A DNA stretch of 64,000 nucleotides from Rebecca billardiae RCC1528. Lineage: Eukaryota; Protista; Haptophyta. A model generated the notes under the pieces. The model had not been told where the DNA came from. It saw only the letters and a list, made by a program, of their open reading frames with translations, and did no database searches. Below are positions 58,066 through 64,000 of the stretch, one piece after another (position 1 is the stretch's first letter; every line of letters begins with the position of its first letter). The translations under genes and the position numbers were made by a program. The stretch covers positions 868,001-932,000 of the forward strand of contig OZ251239.1 of the NCBI GenBank assembly GCA_965240325.2, written 5' to 3'.

Positions 58066-59147
58066 CACGACGGGCCTGGCCGTCGATGTTGTTAGGACTT
58101 AGGTATTCGGGTCGTCGCCTCAGTTGTTAGACTCACCCGACCTTCCGCCTAGACGTGTTGGACGTAGCCACGTGCTATCTACTGGCGCATATCTGGATAT
58201 GTGTGGCATAGCCTCTCGCGTGCCCAGCGATATATCAGGCACGGGGCAAGCTGCATACGTAGCCCGCAGGCTAAGCGCCGCTCACGATTGCTACACTTCT
58301 GACTTGTGCCCACTTCGTGCACAGCGACACGCGCGCGCATGCTGGAGCCAGGCGCGCCAAAGGCGACGGCCAAGAAGGCGTGCGGCCAGTCAGCGCATGC
58401 GAGAGTCAGGCGCAGTGAAGAGCACATCGCATCGCCTTCGTGGGCCGACCGGGCGCGCGCGCGGCCCGCGCGGCGCGTGCGGCCCACGCCCGACTCCGGT
58501 CTAGCGCCGGCGGTGAGGCGCGCGAGCGGTCGATGGGCAAGGCCTCCGTCACGAGGCGGGCTGGGCGCGGACAGGGCGGATCGCCGTGCCTGCCCCAGCG
58601 CTCCGCGCGGGATCCGCCGCCAAACGCGCTCGAGAGCGCCCATCCAAGCCCAGCGGCCGTCCGTGCGCGAGCGCAGCCACTGCGCCGCCGCAGACCGGCA
58701 CAGAACGCGCGCGGCGCACCGCCTCGGGCGTCGAGGCGAGGGAGCCCGGCTCGCTACAGCTCGTGAGGGACACGCTCCCTCAGGCGCCGCCGACCGAACG
58801 CGCCCGACTCGCTCACGCGCCCGGCGAGCGGGCGCGCGAACCTCGCGCGCCGCGCCGCCCGGGTCGCGCCGGCCGCGTGCCGAGCGCACGGGCGGCGAGT
58901 AGGCCGCGAGCCGGGCCGAGCGCGCGCGGCGGGCTCCTACGCGCGGCTGGCAGCCCGCCCAGCCCGAGCGCGCGGCCTCGCGGTGGCGCCAGTGGCCGCG
59001 ATGATGCGGCCCGCGCGGCGGCGCGCAGCCGCCACCGTGCGCCCAGTGGCGCGCAGCGCGCGCAAAGGTACCACGGCGCTTTTTCAGACGCAGGGTTGTA
59101 TAACCGCTCGGTTATGCGGGTATAACTCACCGGTAGCCCTCATGAGG

Positions 59148-60201
59148 GAGGCCGCTCGAGCGACTTCGTGTCTGGCGAGGCAGATCGCGCCAGTGCGTGG
59201 CGAGGCAGACGCTCGCCTGCCTCGCCGCTTGGCGAGGCAGCTAAGCTAGTAAAGCCGCGGCCGAACTTTACGAAAGCCAAATGTCTGCCGGTGCGCCGCC
59301 CGTCTTTTGCGCACGGTGACAAGGGCGCGCGAGGGCGCTTCCTCACGATCCCGAAGAGCGCTGCGCGCGGCGTCGCGTTGGCGGCGGCAGCGGCGCTGGG
59401 GTGTATCTTGCCCATTCTGCGTGGCGGCGCGCTCTCATGACGCCTCGGCCGCCGCCACGCCATGCGCGACCGGGCGTGTCGCCTTCTTGACGGGCAGTGC
59501 ACACGCCCTTGCAAGCGCACAGCCGTGAAGAGCCGAGAGCGTCCGTCGCGAGCACGCCGCCCACGCGGGATGCGTTATGCTGTCACCGAAGCCACCTTGC
59601 GCATGCGCTTCGCCGAGTTCGCCATGCGTTCAGAGCAGTCAAGATCGCTGAACGAGAGGATGTCATCGGCTGAAATGCAGGTTAGCAGTGCTCATCGTAG
59701 CTGCTACCCATGGTCATCCTGGCTCGCACATGCCAGAGCGCGAGCACCCAGTGTCATACGAATAGCCCTGGCAACGCATCCCGCGTGGGCGGCGTGCTCG
59801 CGACGGACGCTCTCGGCTCTTCACGGCTGTGCGCTTGCAAGGGCGTGTGCACTGCCCGTCAAGAAGGCGACACGCCCGGTCGCGCATGGCGTGGCGGCGG
59901 CCGAGGCGTCATGAGAGCACGCCGCCACGCAGAATGGGCAAGATACACCCCAGCGCCGCTGCCGCCGCCAACGCTACGCCGCGCGCAGCGCTCTTCGGGA
60001 TCGTGAGGAAGCGCCCTCGCGCGCCCTTGTCACCGTGCGCAAAAGACGGGCGGCGCACCGGCAGACATTTGGCTTTCGTAAAGTTCGGCCGCGGCTTTAC
60101 TAGCTTAGCTGCCTCGCCAAGCGGCGAGGCAGGCGAGCGTCTGCCTCGCCACGCACTGGCGCGATCTGCCTCGCCAGACACGAAGTCGCTCGAGTGGCCT
60201 C
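59148..60201. mobile_element. Foldback MITE 2 (GAGGCC termini, ~430-bp TIRs, 5-bp TSD TGAGG)
   Basis: TIRs at 59148-59576 and 59773-60201. The empty site CTCATGAGGGCGGG is preserved in A2 (~61500-61513). Confidence 0.95.
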
Positions 60202-60504
60202 TGAGGGCGGGCTGGCAGCCAGGGTCCGGCTGCCTGGAGGTTTTCCGGTCGTCAAGCCGAGCCAGGCCCGGATTGGGCGCGGGTCTGGATTTGCTCAGCA
60301 GCTGCTCGGCAAGCGATGCGCGTCTGGGTGCGGCCGCGCTCGCTGGCTGCACCCGCGGCGCTGCGGCCGGCGTGGCTGCTCTGGTCACCGCTGCGCTGGT
60401 GGCTGCTCCTCCTCTGGGAGTTGTTTCTTCCAGGTGCGTGTGCGTCGGCGGTAGGCCGCCCTCAGCCCTCGCTCTCTCCACTCGTGCACCTGCCCTGCTT
60501 GCTC

Positions 60505-60830
60505 TCTGCTTTCGATGGGGGCGCCTCGGAGCCGCTTCGAGGCGTCCCCGTCTGCAATCTTCTCATGCTCTATCTGCTTTCGATGGGGGCGCCTCGGAAC
60601 CGCTTCGAGGCGTCCCCGTCTGCAATCTATCTTCTCATGCTCTGCTTTCGATGGGGGTGCCTCGGAACCGCTTCGAGGCGTCCCCGTCTGCAATCTTCTC
60701 ATGCTCTGCTTTCGATGGGGGCGCCTCGGAACCGCTTCGAGGCGTCCCCGTCTGCAATCTTCTCATGCTCTGCTTTCGATGGGGGCGCCTGGGAACCGCT
60801 CCCAGGCGTCCCCGTCTGCAATCTTCTCAC
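60505..60830 (+). repeat. Tandem array of 5 x ~64 bp, each with a 17-bp hairpin
   Basis: Unit TCTGCTTTCGATGGGGGCGCCTCGGAACCGCTTCGAGGCGTCCCCGTCTGCAATCTTCTCATGC. Confidence 0.9.
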
Positions 60831-63342
60831 GCTTCGCAGTCTCGCTTGCCTTCCTCGCCTGGGGGGTGGGTGCTGCTCTCTCCTTCTCTGCCGCCTCCTC
60901 TGCAGTCTGCCGTGCACTGCTGTGTGTGGGATGCGACCTGCTACCTTATCTGACGCTACGCGTGCGTGTCTCGCGCCTGCTTCCCGCCTGCGCCGCCGCC
61001 GCCGCGCATGTCTTCGTGCCCACTGTCGCATGCCGTCTGGATCGTCCTTACTCATACAATCCTGCGGGGAGCCCCTCTGGGCCTCTGCCGCCTTCGGTCC
61101 ACGCGCTACCCCTTCGGCGGCCTCGGCCTCTTCGGGCCCCCGGCCACCACCCCTGCTGGGTGTGGCATTCCACACCTCCTTCTGGGTGGAGGCCCTCGAG
61201 GCCTCTGCCTCCTGGGGCGCCGCGCTCTGCCCAAACTTGCGTTGGGGGGGGGGGGGGGGGGGGGAGTACTTCCTCTTCGGCGTCTAGGCGGTCATCGGCT
61301 TCTGTCGGCGTAGTTGCTCGAATGCATCGGCGAGTCCTTCCTGGTCGGCGTCGCATCCTGGACGGCTTCGGGGGTGTGACCTAGTCACCTCACGCGTTTA
61401 TCAACGCGGCCCCCACCTCAATCTACTCTCATGTGGGTCTACCGAGTGAGTTATGGTTGTATAACCGCTCGGTTATGCGGGTATAACTCACCGGTAGCCC
61501 TCATGAGGGCGGGCTGGCAGCCAGGGTCCGGCTGCCTGGAGGTTTTCCGGTCGTCAAGCCGAGCCAGGCCCGGATTGGGCGCGGGTCTGGATTTGCTCAG
61601 CAGCTGCTCGGCAAGCGATGCGCGTCTGGGTGCGGCCGCGCTCGCTGGCTGCACCCGCGGCGCTGCGGCCGGCGTGGCTGCTCTGGTCACCGCTGCGCTG
61701 GTGGCTGCTCCTCCTCTGGGAGTTGTTTCTCCCTGCCCTCCCACCCTGCTGGTTGCTGGGTGGGCATGGCCTTGGGTGCGCGCGGTGTCGGGGGGGTGGA
61801 GGCCCTCGAGGCCTCTGCCTCCTGGGGCGCCGCGCTCTGCCCAAACTTGCGTTGGGGGGGGGGGCGTCGGCTGCCAGCGCCTGCGGTCTACGTGCTCCAT
61901 CGAGTACTTCCTCTTCGGCGTCTAGGCGGTCATCGGCTTCTGTCGGCGTAGTTGCTCGAATGCATCGGCGAGTCCTTCCTGGTCGGCGTCGCATCCTGGA
62001 CGGCTTCGGGGGTGTGACCTAGTCACCTCACGCGTTTATCAACGCGGCCCCCACCTCAATCTACTCTCATGTGGGTCTACCGAGTGAGTGAGTTACGCGG
62101 CGAAAGCGCGACTTCGACCGCGCGCCTCCGCTGCGCACATCACGGGCCGGGCCCGTCTTGGGGGGGGAAGTCAGCTGCGACCGTGGCGCATGATCGCAGA
62201 AGCAGTGCCGGCAGTACGGCCTGCATCAGCTAGTGCCGCGCCGTCGTGGCGCGCGCGGTACGGTTGCGCGTTTGCAGCGCTCGCCGCTCGGCGACGGCAC
62301 GCGCGTGCGGCTCAGGTGTGTCAAATGCGGTCTCGTCGGCGCGCTTTCGCCTGCCACCTCGTGCACCCGTGCCGCCAGTTTCATCGTCTTCATGAGGACT
62401 GCTGCTGCTGTCGCCATCCGCTCTCCATCACCCCGAGTCGCCGGTCGCGCGGCGCGCGCGGTAGGCACTAGGCAGGGCGTACGGTCACTCACCCGTGCAA
62501 CGGGTCAAGTGGCCAGAGTACGTCTGGTCGTTGGCTGGCACGGGCCGCAGCGCTAAAGCACCCTGCTGTCACACCCGACTCCTTCAGTACTCCGAGCTCC
62601 GCGGCACGACTCACTCGGCACGATCGCGGACGGGTCGGATCCGAGCTGATCAGCCAGAGTTGGACACAGTTTGGCAGCTACTAGTAGTAATTCCGATGCC
62701 GATGGCACGATCGCGGACGGGTCGGATCCGAGCTGATCAGCCAGTTGGACATTTGGCAGCTAGTTGTCAGACGGACGTCCGATTTGACGACCGGTGCCGG
62801 GTGCGGTCTCAGGTCCGCTGCTGTGATTGTGTGAAGTGTGAATGAGTCTCGCGGTCGCGCAGGCAGGGCGACGGTCGGACTAATATAGCTTCAGTCATCT
62901 CAGAACCGACTTCAACTGGCGAACTGCCACTACGGCGGAGAGCCGCGATTGCACGGCCACCGCGGGCCCCCAACTGCGTTGATTCTATGCAGAAAAGGAC
63001 CGCGGAACGCGGTCATATATTATATATATATAATTAAATTGAATACTCCTCATCATTAATAATATTATCAGCGCGTGCAGAAGCGGCTACTAGTCGGATC
63101 GGGCTACTATAGCTAGCCGCATTATTATTGAGTCATTGATGATGTGACGATGACGACTCGCGGGCGGATAGAAATATATTAGAATTCCGAGATGGCAGCA
63201 CGGATATGACTGATGAATTATAATCCCGTGAACACACACACACACACACACACATACACACACACACACACACACATGATGCATATATTATATCCGAGTA
63301 GAATGCTGCGACCCGCCTGCTCTCGTATGAGTCGTCGCGACG

Positions 63343-64000
63343 TCAGCCCTGCTGTGCCTCGAGCAGGGAGGCCAGGCCTTGGGCAGAGTCGAGCGTATGT
63401 GCAGCGGCCGGCCCGAGCTGTGCCTCCTGCCCAGCGAGCGCCCGCCTGAAGAGCTGCTCTGCCTTCTCCAGCCGACCCTTGGCAGCGAACAGCCTAGCAT
63501 TGTGGTAAGCAGAGCGCAACGTGAGCAAGTGCATCGCGCCGAGCTGCTCCTCGCACCCCTCAAGCGCGCGCCGGCTCAGCGGCTCCGCCTCTTCCAGCTT
63601 GCCCTGGGCATGCAGCAGCACGGCTAGGCTGATCATCGATGTGAGCGTATCAGGGTGCGCAGCGCCGAGCTGCTCCTCCCTGCCCTCGAGCGCACGCCGG
63701 AACATCGGCTCCGCCTCGGCCAGCTCACCCTGAGCCTTCAGCAGCAAGGCCAGGTTGTTCACAGACATGAGCGTGTCAGGGTGCGCAGCACCGCGCTGCT
63801 CCTCGTAGCCCTCGAGCGCGCGCCGATACAGCGGCTCTGCCTCGGCCAGCTTGCCCTGGTCCATCAGCACCCCTGCCAGGTTGCTTACTGCAAGCAGCGT
63901 GCTCAGATGCGCTGCGCCGAGCTGCTCCTCGTAGCCCTGGAGCGCACGCCGGCACAGCGGCTCCGCCTCGGCCAGCTTGCCCTGGGCACGCAGCAGCGCT
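63343..64000 (-). CDS. TPR (kinesin-light-chain/NPHP3-type 42-aa repeat) protein, C-terminal part
   Basis: Repeats of QGKLAEAEPLYRRALEGYEEQ.GAAHPDTL.S.NNLA; the 5' end lies beyond the window. Confidence 0.9.
   Translation of the reverse strand, partial: ALLRAQGKLAEAEPLCRRALQGYEEQLGAAHLSTLLAVSNLAGVLMDQGKLAEAEPLYRRALEGYEEQRGAAHPDTLMSVNNLALLLKAQGELAEAEPMFRRALEGREEQLGAAHPDTLTSMISLAVLLHAQGKLEEAEPLSRRALEGCEEQLGAMHLLTLRSAYHNARLFAAKGRLEKAEQLFRRALAGQEAQLGPAAAHTLDSAQGLASLLEAQQG

Larger units (their letters stand above)
59092..62094 (+). mobile_element. Non-coding split-direct-repeat element (A1...B1-A2-B2), Ngaro/PAT/TOC1-like layout
   Basis: A1 59094-60428 (interrupted by MITE 2) matches A2 61455-61730; B1 ~61184-61453 matches B2 ~61794-62095. 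It interrupts the right arm of the host element. Confidence 0.75.
54518..62168. mobile_element. Long-TIR (foldback-type) DNA element with ~730-bp arms and 4-bp TSD AGTC; hosts nested insertions
   Basis: Left arm 54518-~55245 is the reverse complement of 58435-59091 plus 62095-62168. Termini are TCCCCCCCC(C)AAGACGGG / CCCGTCTTGGGGGGGGA; AGTC at 54514-54517 and 62169-62172. Confidence 0.8.

Noticed and set aside
60505-60830. CRISPR-like array
   Set aside because: The sequence between hairpins is constant, so there are no unique spacers. There are no cas genes and the context is eukaryotic.
59092-62094. Penelope-like element with a hammerhead ribozyme
   Set aside because: I found no CUGANGA...GAAA core in the repeats on either strand and no RT or GIY-YIG ORF. 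Not fully excluded.

Overview
Very GC-rich eukaryotic nuclear DNA. It has short spliceosomal introns ending in (GC)nAG, one GC-AG intron and Ala/Gly/Pro-padded proteins; a haptophyte-like microalga is my inference from style only. About 20 host genes are recognisable: NEK kinase, PEX1, Brix, SMIM4/UQCC5-like, CNNM, PP2A B''gamma, MAPEG, CTF18, a CAP59/GT69-RmlD fusion, ABA4, ankyrin, PTPA, a multi-TM receptor-like protein, nucleoside-hydrolase-like, GT-A-like, LEKR1-like, F-box/RCC1, sulfotransferase and TPR. Many are tight head-to-head pairs. AT-rich islands between them carry a dense set of mobile DNA: (1) a TIR element with a 7-bp TSD (19462-21412); (2) several families of 5'-truncated non-LTR tails, many in (TA)n; (3) a very young gag-only LTR retrotransposon with an in-frame UGA and a non-canonical 5'LTR/PBS junction (35169-38697); (4) a three-level nest at 54518-62168. 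The nest consists of a long-TIR foldback element, two related GAGGCC-ended foldback MITEs with 5-bp TSDs, and a non-coding split-direct-repeat (A1..B1A2B2) element carrying a 5x64-bp hairpin array. No rRNA, tRNA or CRISPR array was seen. All family calls come from motif recognition, not database searches.
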